A DNA stretch of 31,903 bases from Candidatus Helarchaeota archaeon (GCA_029838215.1 JALGVI010000056.1:1-31903), one strand, 5' to 3'; shown: positions 1 through 9,041, counted from the stretch's first letter. Notes: generated by a model from the sequence alone, not told the origin. Program-made: numbers and translations.

Positions 1-417
1 GTTGAAATCTACGTCATGGAAAAAGAAGCAACACGTGAAAAAATCGCAGATTTGACGGGTCACGACCGATACAAATATTGCCCCATCATCTTGTTGGTTT
101 GCATAAATAAAAAGCGAGCGGCAATCAAATATGGAAGAAAAATAGGTTCGTATTTAGCAACCATTGATGCCGCAATTGCCGTGCAAAATATGATGCTTGT
201 TGCGGCTGCTCATGATCTGGGCACGTCTTGGGGCGATGTGTTGGGCTCGCAAAAAAAATTGGTTCGAGATCTTCTGAAAATGCCTGAAAACCTAGACCCA
301 TTTACTTTCATTCCAATTGGTTATCCCGCATATGATGAAAAAAACGGTGGACCAAGAGCCGAACGACGACCTTTGAAGGACATGGTTCATTCGGAATTAA
401 ATCTTTTTGAGTTCTAA
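1..417 (+). CDS. Nitroreductase family protein, 5'-truncated by the window edge
   Basis: Frame is open from base 1 (VEIYVMEKEATREKIA...). Contains DAAIAVQNMMLVAAAHDLGTSW and IPIGYP, typical of the nitroreductase C-terminal half. Confidence 0.85.
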   Translation, partial: VEIYVMEKEATREKIADLTGHDRYKYCPIILLVCINKKRAAIKYGRKIGSYLATIDAAIAVQNMMLVAAAHDLGTSWGDVLGSQKKLVRDLLKMPENLDPFTFIPIGYPAYDEKNGGPRAERRPLKDMVHSELNLFEF

Positions 418-622
418 AAATTTCAAGCATGCCATGTTTTGCACGAATCATTTTAGACTTTACCAGCAAATCACCTTGTGGAGAAAATGATCGCATTCTA
501 CCAGTCCACGAAGACATAACCATTGAATATGACAATGTTCGCCTGCTTAAAAGATATATTGCCAAAATTATACTCCAAGCTTTACTCTAATATGAATTAA
601 ATGTGTAATATTTGGCAAAATA

Positions 623-630
623 TTTAAATA
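623..630 (+). promoter_or_regulatory. Candidate TATA box for the MNT-HEPN operon
   Basis: TTTAAATA preceded by an A-rich stretch about 60 nt upstream of ATG 692. The region is AT-rich, so specificity is low. Confidence 0.35.
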
Positions 631-691
631 CTGTTGCTATATATATTATTTTGAGTCCTACAAATTCGCATCATTCGGAAAGTATAAAAAA

Positions 692-1096
692 ATGGAGAAA
701 CAAAATTTTTTTTCAAAAATGATAAAATTGCTTGCTAAAGAGAAAAATATTAGTTTAGGATACGTTTTTGGGTCTTTTATAAAAGTTTCATCATTTAATG
801 ATATTGATATAGGCGTGGTTTTACAAAAAAACTCCAAAATATCAAATAAATTAAAATATTCCATGCATTTAGGGCATAAATTTGAAAAAGAATTTGATTT
901 TAAATGGATTTTTGACGTAAAAATCCTAAATTTCATGCCAATTCACTTTCAATTTGCCGTAATAAAAGATGGAAAATTATTTTTCAGCCGGGATGAGAAA
1001 GATCGCATTTCATATGAGAAAAAGGTCATCAATTTATATCTCGATTTCAAGAATGTTCTTCTTTGGCACGAACGACAGATTTTGGAGAGAGCTTAA
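692..1096 (+). CDS. Minimal nucleotidyltransferase (MNT), MntA-type antitoxin
   Basis: YVFGS-x8-DID motif; C-terminal YLDF helix; stop TAA abuts the HEPN ATG (TAAATG). Confidence 0.88.
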   Translation: MEKQNFFSKMIKLLAKEKNISLGYVFGSFIKVSSFNDIDIGVVLQKNSKISNKLKYSMHLGHKFEKEFDFKWIFDVKILNFMPIHFQFAVIKDGKLFFSRDEKDRISYEKKVINLYLDFKNVLLWHERQILERA

Positions 1097-1525
1097 ATGT
1101 ACGACCGGGAAGGCATAATTGACCATGTTGAAGAACTCGAACAAGCCATTTCTGATTGGGAACGATATCAGAAAATTTCTTTGGATGAATTCAAAAAGAA
1201 TCGTGATAAAAAAAATATGATTTTACATGCTTTGCTGATCTCCATTCAATCTGCAATTGATATAGCAAATCATTTAATAGCTGAAAATCGATTAAGGCGG
1301 CCAACGACTTATAGGGAATGTTTTGAAATACTTGCAAATGCTGAGATGCTTCCTTCATATCTTGCAGATCAACTATCCGATTTAGCTGGTTTTCGCAATA
1401 TTTTGGTTCATATATATTGGAACCTGAATTTAAATGAAGTTCACGAAATTTTGATGAATGATCTTCAAGTTTTGAAAGAATATTTGAAATGGACAAAAGA
1501 TCTCTTAAAAAAATCGATTGATTGA
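1097..1525 (+). CDS. HEPN/DUF86 RNase toxin (HepT type)
   Basis: LAGFRNILVHIY matches Rx4HxY; AIDIANHLIA...RPTTYRECFEIL is typical of DUF86; paired with MNT. Confidence 0.9.
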   Translation: MYDREGIIDHVEELEQAISDWERYQKISLDEFKKNRDKKNMILHALLISIQSAIDIANHLIAENRLRRPTTYRECFEILANAEMLPSYLADQLSDLAGFRNILVHIYWNLNLNEVHEILMNDLQVLKEYLKWTKDLLKKSID

Positions 1526-1527
1526 TG

Positions 1528-1890
1528 TCATTCTCTTGGGATGATGTATAGTTGTCTTCCTTCGACCAATGTCTGAACTATTTTACGGCGACCACTTTGC
1601 AAAAGACGCCAGATCGTTCCGCGCGAGATGTTCATGACTTGTCCTGCTTCGTCCTGAGTGGCATTTAAGAGATCTACGAGGCGTATTGCTTCAAATTCAT
1701 CTTCGAATAGGTACATTGGTGTGGTGTTTACTTCATCGACGTGTTCGGGAGGAACGACGGGTATGAAATGCGTGAAAATTGGTCTTTTAATATTTCGCGG
1801 TATGATGGGACGACCGCGCCCGCATTTAGGTCCGAATCCTCTTCTTCTTCCTCTACCTCCGCCTTTTCCTCTTCCTTGCACGATAATCAC
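1528..1890 (-). CDS. DUF134 (UPF0251) predicted DNA-binding protein with Gly/Arg-rich N-terminus
   Basis: GRP..PR, EFEAIRLVDL...TQDEAGQVMNISRGTIWRLLQSGRRKIVQTLVEG; overlaps the upstream ATPase by 4 nt. Confidence 0.88.
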   Translation of the reverse strand: MIIVQGRGKGGGRGRRRGFGPKCGRGRPIIPRNIKRPIFTHFIPVVPPEHVDEVNTTPMYLFEDEFEAIRLVDLLNATQDEAGQVMNISRGTIWRLLQSGRRKIVQTLVEGRQLYIIPRE

Positions 1891-2786
1891 TTGTCCTTTA
1901 ATATTTCTATGAGATTTTCGTAGATGTCTTTAATGGCTTTTGAAGCCAAGCCATCCGGATTAAACTCCACCACGGGCTTGCCTGCCACGATTGAATTTGG
2001 TATGTCATCCGTTACTGGTATTTGACCAAGTAAGTCCAAGCCTTCTTTTCTTGCATAGGAAATTAATCTTTCAGTATTTTCCTTGTTAATGTCTGCCTTA
2101 TTAATTACCAACCCAATATCATTGCAGAAGTGTCTTATCACGCCGAGAGCACGTTTCACGTCATGTATTGCAGCGGGTGTGGGTTCTGTAATGAGAATGG
2201 CATAATCGATACCTGAAGCCGTTGCAATAACTGGACATCCCGTTCCTGGTGGTCCATCAATTAATATGAAATCAATATCCTTATCTTTTGCAATGTTTTT
2301 AGCAAATTCTTTGGTTTCACTTACGATCTTGCCCGAACTACCTTCACCAATCTTGAGATCTCCTGAAATCGTGGGGATCCCTCTCGGTGTCTGGATGTGT
2401 TTTATGGTACCGCATTCAAATTCCTCAAGAGAAAGAGCCTGTTCGGGGCAAATGATCGTGCAAATTCCGCATCCTTCGCACAGCATGATGTCAATGTCCG
2501 GACGGTCATTCACGGAATCCCACGTGATCGCTTCATGAGGACAGGATTCAATACATGCTTGACAACCACTGCAGGCATTTTCATCAAGAACTGCCTTCTC
2601 GGATGCCTTCAGAATTTTTTCGGAAATGATCTTTCCATCCATGAGCAAAAGCAAGTTTGGAGCATCCACGTCGGTATCCACGGAGATGATTTTTTGATTA
2701 TTTCTCGCAAAAAGTGAAGTTAATGAAGCCGAAAGTGTTGTCTTACCAACGCCTCCCTTTCCGCTTAACGTTGCTATTGTTTTCAT
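1887..2786 (-). CDS. MinD-superfamily P-loop ATPase with inserted 2x[4Fe-4S] ferredoxin domain (COG1149-like)
   Basis: SGKGGVGKTT deviant Walker A, DTDVDAPN, CSGCQACIESCP and CEGCGICTIICP, DGPPGTGCP, TEPTP. Confidence 0.92.
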   Translation of the reverse strand: MKTIATLSGKGGVGKTTLSASLTSLFARNNQKIISVDTDVDAPNLLLLMDGKIISEKILKASEKAVLDENACSGCQACIESCPHEAITWDSVNDRPDIDIMLCEGCGICTIICPEQALSLEEFECGTIKHIQTPRGIPTISGDLKIGEGSSGKIVSETKEFAKNIAKDKDIDFILIDGPPGTGCPVIATASGIDYAILITEPTPAAIHDVKRALGVIRHFCNDIGLVINKADINKENTERLISYARKEGLDLLGQIPVTDDIPNSIVAGKPVVEFNPDGLASKAIKDIYENLIEILKDK

Positions 2787-3703
2787 GCTAATACCTCCAA
2801 TTTATCCACGAGTTCTTTAAGAGCCATTGCCGCTTTCGACTGCGGTGCGTGTTTCACCACGGGCAACCCCAAAGAATGACTTTCTAGAACTGCAATGTCA
2901 TTCGGAATTGAAGAAATGATGTTCACGTCGAATTTACTTGCGGCTTTTTCTATTAACGAGTTTGATTTTATCAGGTCCGAGCGATTCAAGATAACGTGGA
3001 CGTTTTTTGCCGTGTTTATGGTTTTCAATAATATGAGTATGCGTTCTAAGTCGTGCGAACCAAAGGGAGTGGGTTCTGTCACGCACAATACCGTTTGTAC
3101 ACCATACAACGCCCTTAAGACATCGCAGTGAGCACCAGGAGCCGTATCAATGATGATGAAGTCATATTTTCTCTCCTTTGCTTTTTCAAGAACTCGTGCC
3201 TTTACATCTTCGACAACCACTGCAGATCTTGCTTCTCCAAGCTTTAATTCTCCCACGATCATGTCAAGATGTTTGTTGGGAGATGCCTCGAATAATGCTC
3301 CGAATATTTTCTTGTCTTCTGCAATTGCTTCATGCTTACAGGCGATCCGACATGCTCCACAGCCCGCACAGACTTCCGGAAAAATCAATGGAAGGGTATC
3401 CTGCACGGCAAGAATGGCGTGTTCTCTACAAGCCCTGCTACAATCTCCACAAAAAATGCATTTATCTTTTAAAAATTTCGGTAGAAATCTAGTAACGTCC
3501 TTGTACTTCTGAAGGCTTGCTCCCAATAAAATACCTGTATTTGGTGCATCAACATCAAAATCAACGAGCAATACATCTTTTCCCTTGTCTACAAGAAGCT
3601 GGGTTAGATTTGTTGCAACCGTGGTTTTACCCGTGCCACCTTTTCCGCCCGTGATTCCAATCGTTGGAATTTCTAATTTTAACCACTCTTTCAAAGTTCC
3701 CAT
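2783..3703 (-). CDS. MinD-superfamily P-loop ATPase with inserted ferredoxin domain (second paralogue)
   Basis: GGKGGTGKTT, DFDVDAPN, CIFCGDCSRAC and CAGCGACRIAC, DTAPGAHC, TEPTPFGSHDL; 4-nt overlap with the next gene. Confidence 0.92.
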   Translation of the reverse strand: MGTLKEWLKLEIPTIGITGGKGGTGKTTVATNLTQLLVDKGKDVLLVDFDVDAPNTGILLGASLQKYKDVTRFLPKFLKDKCIFCGDCSRACREHAILAVQDTLPLIFPEVCAGCGACRIACKHEAIAEDKKIFGALFEASPNKHLDMIVGELKLGEARSAVVVEDVKARVLEKAKERKYDFIIIDTAPGAHCDVLRALYGVQTVLCVTEPTPFGSHDLERILILLKTINTAKNVHVILNRSDLIKSNSLIEKAASKFDVNIISSIPNDIAVLESHSLGLPVVKHAPQSKAAMALKELVDKLEVLA

Positions 3704-3756
3704 TATCGGGTTCCTTCTTTATTTCCTATTTTCTTAACTAATGATCGAAATATTTT

Positions 3757-4233
3757 TTATCTACGACGTCCCATACCTCTGCCGCCGCCCATGCCTCTGC
3801 CGCCGCCCATTCCTCTGCCACCACCCATGCCCATTCCGCCTCCCATTCCTGCATGAGGACCTACGGTAGCATCTGAGGGCTCGTTTAATTTACCTTGCAA
3901 GTAGGCTTCAACTGCACCTTTTACGGTCATTCCCATGGCGCCCGTGACCATTTTCAATCCGATCGAATTTAAAGCACTGAATGCGTTTGGTCCTAAATGC
4001 CCGGTAATGATGACCGAAGCTCTTGTATTTCCAACAATTTCAGCAGCGCGAATACCCGCGCCTCCCATTTGACTGGCAGCATCATTTTGGATTACTGTTT
4101 TTTCCGTGATAGTTCCATTTGAATCTACCGACACAAGCGTGAAGCAACCACAACGTCCAAACCGCCCATCTACTTGGGCATCTAATCCACCTGGACTCGT
4201 GGATGAAATTGCAATTAAAGTTTCTGAACTCAT
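3757..4233 (-). CDS. NifB/NifX-family (COG1433) FeMo-cofactor-binding-like protein with Gly-rich tail
   Basis: IAISS...VDGRFGRC..F, GGAGIRAA, ITGHLGPNAF; C-terminal (GGGRGM)n. Confidence 0.88.
   Translation of the reverse strand: MSSETLIAISSTSPGGLDAQVDGRFGRCGCFTLVSVDSNGTITEKTVIQNDAASQMGGAGIRAAEIVGNTRASVIITGHLGPNAFSALNSIGLKMVTGAMGMTVKGAVEAYLQGKLNEPSDATVGPHAGMGGGMGMGGGRGMGGGRGMGGGRGMGRRR
3771..3842 (-). repeat. In-frame 18-bp tandem repeat (3 copies plus 1 degenerate) encoding GGGRGM
   Basis: + strand ccatacctctgccgccgc / ccatgcctctgccgccgc / ccattcctctgccaccac / ccatgcccattccgcctc. Confidence 0.85.
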
Positions 4234-4320
4234 TTTACTATCTCCTGACTAATCCATTAAATAAAATCATTTCTTAATGACTTTTTAGATGGTTATTTAT
4301 GTGAATATGCACGTAATTCC

Positions 4321-4336
4321 TATTTAAACTTTTTTG
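4321..4336 (-). promoter_or_regulatory. BRE + TATA box for the nifX-minD-minD-DUF134 operon
   Basis: Minus strand reads AAAAAAAG-TTTAAATA about 90 nt upstream of ATG 4233. Confidence 0.5.
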
Positions 4337-4694
4337 TGTTCCAACGAGATCACGCAGACTTTACTAAAAGAAAGCAATTGAACTTAAAATAGAATCAAAA
4401 ATATTTGAAGATTTAATGAATAACCCTTTCATGTTCAAGTTCACACTTTTATTTGATGGTATTTATTCTTTGAAATTGAGAAATATAACAATGTAAATCG
4501 CTTCATAAAAAACAGCAAGATTTTAATTTGTATGATGTTATTATATATTTACGGATGAACAAAAATTATTTCCAGAGACAAGGTCCATGAAAATCGCAAA
4601 AAAGACTCTCAATGATACACTCGTCTCGTTAAATGGAATTTATCAAGAAATAAACGAAAAAATACAAAAAAAATCAAGTCGGAGATGAAAATCC

Positions 4695-5090
4695 TTGAAA
4701 ATTGCAATATCAACCGATTCAGGAATGGTATCTCAACATTTCGGAAGATGTCCTGAATTTACAATAGTAGAAATAGAGAATAATAAAGTGATAAGTCGAA
4801 AAGTCGTTCCAAATCCAGGTCATCAGGTGGGTGCTCTTCCAAAATTCATGAATGAAAACGGCGTCAATTGCATGATTGCAGGTGGAATGGGACATCGAGC
4901 CATCGGCTTCTTTTCTGATTATGGAATCAAACCGATATTAGGAATAACCGGTCCTGTTGACGAAGTAATTGAAAAATTCATGAAAAATGAACTCGTGAAT
5001 GGAGAGAGCCTTTGTAACCCACGGAGTGGTAAAGGATATGGACTGGATCGTACAGACGTAGATCACGAGCATCACCATCATCATGAATAA
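4695..5090 (+). CDS. NifB/NifX-family protein with His-rich C-terminus
   Basis: TTG start with GGAGA upstream; MKIAIST..VSQHFGRCPEF, NPGH, IAGGMG; tail DVDHEHHHHHE. Confidence 0.88.
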   Translation: MKIAISTDSGMVSQHFGRCPEFTIVEIENNKVISRKVVPNPGHQVGALPKFMNENGVNCMIAGGMGHRAIGFFSDYGIKPILGITGPVDEVIEKFMKNELVNGESLCNPRSGKGYGLDRTDVDHEHHHHHE

Positions 5091-5277
5091 CAACGCGTTT
5101 TTTATCATTCAACACGTTTTTATAAAAAGAATCATTCATTTTCTTATTCTTTTTCACTGGAGAAACTTGTTGAATTCTCGTTGAAATCTAAAAAACGTCA
5201 TGACGACTTCTTCTAAAAAAGATTTTTTAGCACAAAAAGAAGTGAACTTTAAGAAAATAAATCAAACGTGAATTCCG

Positions 5278-7017
5278 ATGGATGAAGTTGAAACGACGTT
5301 TTGGGCAGACAAATTAGCAGAGTCCTTAATGAATCGAAAGAAATTCAATTATTTAGATAAGAAAGTTTCTTATTCAAAACACGTGATCAAGAGTAGCACT
5401 TCGATTTCGGGTGTTCCTCACGTGGGTAATGCTTCCGATGTTTTTAGGGCTGAAGCTGTCGTCACTGCATTAAGAGATAAAGGTGAGAAAGTTCGATTTA
5501 TTTGGGTTGCTGAAGATATGGACCCATTAAGGAAGGTTCCTGCTGGAATACCCGAACGCTTTAAAGAATTTATTGGACGACCTGTAAGTGAACTACCCTG
5601 CCCTGAAAACTGCTGTAATTCTTATTCGGATCATTTTGTCACGCTGTTTACTGACAGCCTCAAGGACAAATTTGGCGTGGACTTTGAGGTGTTATGGACA
5701 TCCAAGGAATATCAAAAAGGAAATTTTTACGAACAGATCAAGGTCGCAATTGAAAATGTTTCCAAAATCCGTGAAATCCAAAATAAATACAAGCAACATC
5801 CACTTCCCGAGAATTGGATCCCCTACAAGCCGGTGTGTGAAAAGTGCGGCAAGATCATCACGACAGTAATGACGGGACTGGAAGGCGAGAACATCACGTA
5901 TAAGTGCTTGGATTATAAGTTTGCACACGCCCTTGTAAAAGGATGTGGACACGAAGGCGTGAGTGATATTCGAAAAGGATTTGGAAAGTTACTTTGGAAG
6001 ATCGAGTGGGCGGCTGAGTGGCACGCGTGGAAGGTAAACTTCGAACCATTTGGAAAAGAACACGGTGTTAATTGTCCTCATGATGAAAAAACAGGCTCGA
6101 TAATTGGAGCGGGTTCTTTTTGGGTTGCGGGAACCATTTCGGAGTTAGTTTATGACTGGCCCGAACCGAACCCAACAAAAGGTCCAAATCATATTCAACC
6201 TTATGAATATATTCTAATCGGGAAAGAAAAGATGTCCGCGTCTAAAGGGAATAATATTGCAACTTGGGACTGGCCGAAACTTGCCCCTCCGGAATGCTTG
6301 AAATTGTTTTTCTTGAGAAAACCTGGTGCGCAGCAAAATCTCATGGAAATTCAAAAGAATAAGGATGGAACATTCAAAATCATTGACAAAAACTTTGACA
6401 TCCCCAAGCTATTCCAAGAGATGGAGATGTTAAGACGAATTTACTACGGTTTGGAACAAACTGAAAAACGAAGCCAGTTCAAAAAGCGGTTATACCGCAC
6501 GTGTCAGGTTGGTCCCATTCCAGACCAAATTCCTCTAAAATTACCGTTTCGATTTGCAATTAATATGACACAATTTGACCAAATAATGACTTGGGAAAGA
6601 ATCTTGAAAAAATCCTCGGAGTTGCTTAAAAAAATATATGGCGTGAAAAAAATCCTACCGGAACATGTTGTTGAATGCGAGATAACGCTAAATCAAGCCC
6701 GATATTGGCTCGAGCATCATGCTCCTGAGAAAGCCAAATTCAAGATCACGGCTGAAATACCTGCGGCAGAATTTTCTGAGAAACAAAAAGCCGGAATACG
6801 TGAGCTCATCCAAGTACTACTCGAAAAAGATTGGGACGAACAAGGACTTCAGAATAAAATCTTTGAAATCGGTAAAAATATCGTAGGAAATCCTAAAACA
6901 CTCTTTCAAGCCATCTATATGGCTTTAATCGGTCAAAAATATGGTCCAAGATTGGCACCTTTTCTTTTGTCTCTCGAAATGGAATGGGTTATTCAACGAC
7001 TAAAGAGAGTTTCGTGA
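5278..7017 (+). CDS. lysS: Lysine--tRNA ligase, class I
   Basis: SGVPHVGN (HIGH), DPLRKVP, PYKPVCEKCG, KMSASKGN (KMSKS), C-terminal YMALIGQKYGPRLAPFL. Confidence 0.96.
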   Translation: MDEVETTFWADKLAESLMNRKKFNYLDKKVSYSKHVIKSSTSISGVPHVGNASDVFRAEAVVTALRDKGEKVRFIWVAEDMDPLRKVPAGIPERFKEFIGRPVSELPCPENCCNSYSDHFVTLFTDSLKDKFGVDFEVLWTSKEYQKGNFYEQIKVAIENVSKIREIQNKYKQHPLPENWIPYKPVCEKCGKIITTVMTGLEGENITYKCLDYKFAHALVKGCGHEGVSDIRKGFGKLLWKIEWAAEWHAWKVNFEPFGKEHGVNCPHDEKTGSIIGAGSFWVAGTISELVYDWPEPNPTKGPNHIQPYEYILIGKEKMSASKGNNIATWDWPKLAPPECLKLFFLRKPGAQQNLMEIQKNKDGTFKIIDKNFDIPKLFQEMEMLRRIYYGLEQTEKRSQFKKRLYRTCQVGPIPDQIPLKLPFRFAINMTQFDQIMTWERILKKSSELLKKIYGVKKILPEHVVECEITLNQARYWLEHHAPEKAKFKITAEIPAAEFSEKQKAGIRELIQVLLEKDWDEQGLQNKIFEIGKNIVGNPKTLFQAIYMALIGQKYGPRLAPFLLSLEMEWVIQRLKRVS

Positions 7018-7124
7018 TTTTCACGATGGAAATTCTTCGCAAAGCCAAAGAAACAATCCTACCAAGTATTTTTTATATCAAGAAAACACAAACCTAATAA
7101 ATCCGTTCTAATGGTGATTCTTCC

Positions 7125-7919
7125 GTGGTCTCAAACCGCCTTCGAAAATTCCAAGCCAAGTTGGAGCCTTTTGCAAGAATCCTCACGAAAGCAGGATTTA
7201 CTCCAAATACTATAACGGTAATCGCACTAAGTTTTTCAATCATTGCCAGTATTTTGTTCATGATATCGGGTTATTTCATGCATTATCTCTATTGGACTGG
7301 TTTTTTCAATATTTCATGGCTTTTAATCTTATTGGCGGGTTTTTTTGTCTTTCTATCTGGTTTTAGCGATGTTTTGGATGGTGCCATTGCCCGATATCAA
7401 AGTGGCATCACGCGCTTTGGTGGATTCCTCGATAGCGTCCTTGATAGGTATGCTGACGCCATCATCTTGATTGGAATCATTGTGGGAAACCATTGTAATT
7501 TCTATGTTGGAATTGTTGCTCTATTCGGTTCGATTTGTGTTTCGTATTCTCGAGCAAAGGCAGAAAGTGCAGGCGTGCCTGGAAAATATATGGCAACAGG
7601 CATGGAAAGAATGGAACGACTGGTTCTCATTTTAGTATGTTGCATCGTTCAGGGAATACAGTTACTATGTCATGCCATGATCAATACCCCATTCGTTCTT
7701 GGTGTCTATGGCTGGGATCCTGCTCTTGGATATGCTCATCCATTCTTCCTAGGTGAAACATTGGGGATCGGAGTGATAATCCTTGCAATTACTACACACG
7801 TCACCGTCGTTCATCGTATATATGTCGCATACTGCCGATTACCAAAGAAAAAATACTCAAAAGAAGAATACAATAAATTGCTGGAAGAAAAAGAAATTAA
7901 AGTGGAAAAAGAATTTTAA
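7125..7919 (+). CDS. CDP-alcohol phosphatidyltransferase (archaetidylinositol-phosphate synthase-like)
   Basis: TPNTIT, D..DG.IAR...T.FGGFLDSVLDRYAD signature, SYSRAKAE, MERMERL; several TM segments. Confidence 0.92.
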   Translation: MVSNRLRKFQAKLEPFARILTKAGFTPNTITVIALSFSIIASILFMISGYFMHYLYWTGFFNISWLLILLAGFFVFLSGFSDVLDGAIARYQSGITRFGGFLDSVLDRYADAIILIGIIVGNHCNFYVGIVALFGSICVSYSRAKAESAGVPGKYMATGMERMERLVLILVCCIVQGIQLLCHAMINTPFVLGVYGWDPALGYAHPFFLGETLGIGVIILAITTHVTVVHRIYVAYCRLPKKKYSKEEYNKLLEEKEIKVEKEF

Positions 7920-7945
7920 AAACAAGAATAATGAATAACTCATTT

Positions 7946-8350
7946 TTACGTTAGATCAAAAACATCTTTTATTAAAGTCTCAAGATATTCCTTCGCATTT
8001 TTCATGCTCTTGCGACCCAGATCTGTTATAGTGTAATATGTACGATTTGGTTTTCCCGTTTCCTTGTTTTCTTCTTCTTCAATCGAAATTTCCTCAATTA
8101 ACTTATCATTTTTCATCTTATAAAGAATGACATATCCGCTGACCGTTGCCGGACTAAAACCAAACCTTTCCTTTATGTTTTTTCGAATTTCGTATCCATA
8201 ATGTGGTTTATCTTGTAATAATCTTAAAATGTAAATCCAAAGATTTTCTTTCGTTATTTTCTTCACTAATCGATCGATCGCCTCTGGTTTTTCGGAATCC
8301 CCCTCGACATGATACGTTGCGTTTAATTCCTTAATCTTCGGCATGTTCAT
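7946..8350 (-). CDS. PadR-family transcriptional regulator
   Basis: LWIYILRLLQDKPHYGYEI, YVILYKMKNDKLI, RTYYTITDLGR. Confidence 0.9.
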   Translation of the reverse strand: MNMPKIKELNATYHVEGDSEKPEAIDRLVKKITKENLWIYILRLLQDKPHYGYEIRKNIKERFGFSPATVSGYVILYKMKNDKLIEEISIEEEENKETGKPNRTYYTITDLGRKSMKNAKEYLETLIKDVFDLT

Positions 8351-8374
8351 ACCTCTCGGGATTGAATGAAAAAA

Positions 8375-8650
8375 TCATCGACTCTTTGACTTTCTATCAC
8401 TCTTTGACCTAATCTGTACCTTTCCCCGATGAACTGCACAACTAATACAGTAGTATTCAATAACATTTTGCCGAGGAATGATCGCTCCTTGTTCTCGTAA
8501 CTCTTTGACCATTTTATATTCTACTAAAGAAATTTTTCTTGTCGATTTTTTTGCTTTATCTCGTGGAACCGTCCTTCCACACTTCGAACATTTAACAACG
8601 CCCGTTGAGCCGCTCTTTGACCGACCGCCACTTCGTCTTTTTTTCGGCAT
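8375..8650 (-). CDS. rps26e: 30S ribosomal protein S26e
   Basis: MPKKRRSGGRSK, VKCSKCGRTVPRDKAK, YCISCAVHRGKVQIRS; ATG at 8650 preferred over the upstream start. Confidence 0.95.
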   Translation of the reverse strand: MPKKRRSGGRSKSGSTGVVKCSKCGRTVPRDKAKKSTRKISLVEYKMVKELREQGAIIPRQNVIEYYCISCAVHRGKVQIRSKSDRKSKSR

Positions 8651-9041
8651 GCTTATCAACACGATTATTCTACGTTATAATTGCAAGTTTGAATGTTTTA
8701 TGAATCCAATTTAAAATATTCATGAAATAGATCCTTACCCTGAAGAACATTTCAAGTTATTTAAAAATTTAAAGTGAAATTATAAAGTTTTTGTTTTTTG
8801 ATTTTCTAGACCATGCAATCTCCCGTGTTAAACAAAACGTGACATTTTCAGGTTGTAGCAAGCCGTAATACTTCGGAGCTCTGTCAAAAAATGCGATTTT
8901 TGGTAAAAATTTGCCTGAACCTGATTTCTTGTCCGTTTAAATTTGTCTTGCGTTTTTTCTTGGAAAAAAATAATATATGATAGGATTATCTAAACAATAA
9001 CACGTAAAAAATTGAAAGCAACGACTCATTGACCATGCGAA

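Noticed and set aside
429-590. 53-aa + strand ORF (MPCFAR...IEYDNVRLLKRYIAK...) with a passing resemblance to bacterial ribosomal S18 (IDYK.V.LLKRFI)
   Set aside because: Short, no SD, lacks the rest of S18, and bS18 is not expected in archaea; probably chance.
4588-4689. 33-aa ORF starting MKIA, like the downstream NifX gene
   Set aside because: No further similarity; A-rich intergenic sequence.
1-5203. GTTGAAATCTA...CGTCATG at base 1 and again at about 5180, resembling the start of an archaeal CRISPR repeat
   Set aside because: Only two imperfect copies 5 kb apart, one inside a CDS; no repeat-spacer periodicity or cas genes.
7012-7026. TCGTGA-TTT-TCACGA hairpin at the lysS stop
   Set aside because: 6-bp stem with no following U-tract; too weak to call a terminator.
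8810-8960. Possible structured RNA or tRNA fragment (GGTTGTAGCAAGCC; TCAGGTT...AACCTGA inverted repeat)
   Set aside because: No T-loop (GTTCRA), no cloverleaf, and only short AT-rich stems; cannot be supported without a covariance search.
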